A DNA stretch of 64,000 bases from NCBI RefSeq assembly GCF_009914755.1, contig NC_060934.1. One strand, given 5' to 3'. Positions 62,015 through 64,000 of this stretch are shown one piece after another (position 1 is the first letter of the stretch; each line of letters begins with the position of its first letter). A program made the position numbers and the translations under genes. This stretch comes from the human T2T-CHM13v2.0 reference genome, Homo sapiens. The notes beneath the pieces were generated by a model. It searched no databases. It saw only the letters and a list, made by a program, of their open reading frames with translations, and had not been told where the DNA came from.

Positions 62015-62865
62015 TGAAAAATATTTTATTGTGGTAAAATATATATGACATAAAATATGCTATTATAACAACTCTTACATGTATAATTTGGTGGCATTAA
62101 TTACATCCACACTGTCATGCAGCCATCACAACTATCTGTTCCCAAATATTTTTCATCACCCCAAACAGGAACTCTGTTATCATTCTGCAGTAACTCCCCA
62201 TCACCACCAGCCCCCCATTGCCAGTTAACCTTTAATCTGCTTTGTCTCTGTGAACTTTCCTATTCTAAAGATTTCATATAAGTGGAACCGTATGTTTGTC
62301 TTTTTGTGACTGGCTCATTTCACTAGGCATAATGTTTTCAAGGTTCATCCTTGTAGCATGTATCAGACTTCATTCCTTTTTATGGCTGAATAATACTGAG
62401 TCCTCCAACTCTGTTCGTCTTTTTCAAGATTATTTTGGTCATCTGAGACTCCTTGCAATTCCATTTGAATTTAAGGATTGGCTTCTCTATTTCTGGGGGG
62501 AAAAATGGTTGTCAGAATTTTGATGGGGATTGTGTTGAATCTGTAGATTGTTTTGAATAGGACTGGCATTTTAGCAATATTGAGTCTGCCGACCCAGGAA
62601 CTAAGGATCTTTCCATTTACCTAGGTCTTTTTAAGTTTCTTTTACCAATGTTTGGTAGTATTCAGCATGCAGGTCTTTCACTTCCTTGGTTAAATTTATT
62701 CCTAAGCATTTTATTTGTTTAGCGCTATTTAAATGGAATAGCCTTCTTAATTTCCTTTTTAGATTGTTCATTGTACATGTACAGAAAAACAACTAATTTT
62801 TGTGTGTTGGTCTTGTATCCTGAAGCTGTGCTGAATTTATTAACTCTAGTAGTTTCCTTCTGGAT
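62015..62865 (-). mobile_element. L1MB/MC 3' UTR and ORF2 fragments
   Basis: TTTTCATCACCCCAAAC...CATTCCTTTTTATGGCTGAATAATA; TTGATGGGGATTGTGTTGAATCTGTAGAT. Confidence 0.8.
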
Positions 62866-63123
62866 TCACATGTATGTACTTCTAGCTACTCGGGAAGCTG
62901 GGGCAGAAGGATCAGTTGATCCAAGGAGTTTGAGGCCAGCCTGGAAAACACAGCAAGACACCTACAGGTGTGTGCCCCCACATCTGGCTAATTTTTGTAT
63001 TTTTAGTAGAGATGGGGTTTCACCAGTTTGCCCAAGCTGGTCTCGAACTCCTAGGCTCAAGCACTCTACCTGCCTCAGCCTGCCAAAATGCTGGAATTAC
63101 AGGCATGAACCACCGTGCCCAGT
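62866..63123. mobile_element. Fused opposite-strand Alu fragments (+ 62866-62962, - 62963-63123)
   Basis: A sense arm ending CAGCAAGACACC is joined directly to antisense TACAGGTGTGTGCC. Confidence 0.75.
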
Positions 63124-63175
63124 CTAAAACTGTGATATCTTGTTCTCATTAATAGCTGTAGAAATTATAACTTTT

Positions 63176-63512
<337 letters not shown>

Positions 63513-64000
63513 TTATTAGGTTGGTGTCTTCTACTATTTCAGTTGCATAAATATCATTTGAGGTGGGCTTAGTCTTTGAAGGCTCTTTCCAGCAGGTGTC
63601 TCTTTCACCAGGCTTATTTATAAGCCTTTATTTTTTTTTTTTTTTACAGTAAAAGAAAGTCTATAATATATCAACTGTGCCAAGGGAAGACAACAGTAAA
63701 CTTACAAGTCTCTTTCCAGCAATCTAAATTAGTAATTCAACAGGACAAAATAAAGACATTTTTAGACAAGAGCTTTATCTCTCTGTGCTGCCTCCTGGTT
63801 AATTTCCTTGGTTTTATCTTTCAGTGTATTAATTCTTTCCAGCCGTATTCAGTCTGCTGCTCAGTATGACCAACGGGCCTTAGATTCTCTGTGTGTGTAA
63901 TTTTTACTTCTAGAAGTTCTATTTGGTTCTATTGCAAATCGACTTCTTGATTTCTACTTTATACTTTTATGTCCTTAATTTGTTTAATTACACTTATTTA

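Overview
Primate (human-like) non-coding genomic DNA dominated by interspersed repeats (Alu, L1, L2, MIR, ERV1/MaLR LTRs, Tigger3). No intact protein-coding gene is present; nearly all ORF-track entries are repeat-derived or chance ORFs. The key non-repeat element is an intron-containing duplicate of the RAB18 5' end: a CpG-island promoter, exon 1 (ATG 53294, carrying a 2-nt frameshifting deletion) and an intact 56-nt exon 2 (59028-59083). From memory this fits the SVIL-AS1/PTCHD3P1 locus on chr10p (inference, not verified). Other main elements are a 5'-deleted Harlequin (LTR2/HERV-E mosaic) provirus nested in an Alu inside Tigger3, a solo LTR12C inside another LTR, a solo MER52, a 5'-truncated MER57 provirus with an apparent internal inversion, a young AluYe-like insertion and two CTCF-like motifs. 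Repeat subfamily names come from recalled consensus sequences, and old-repeat boundaries are approximate.
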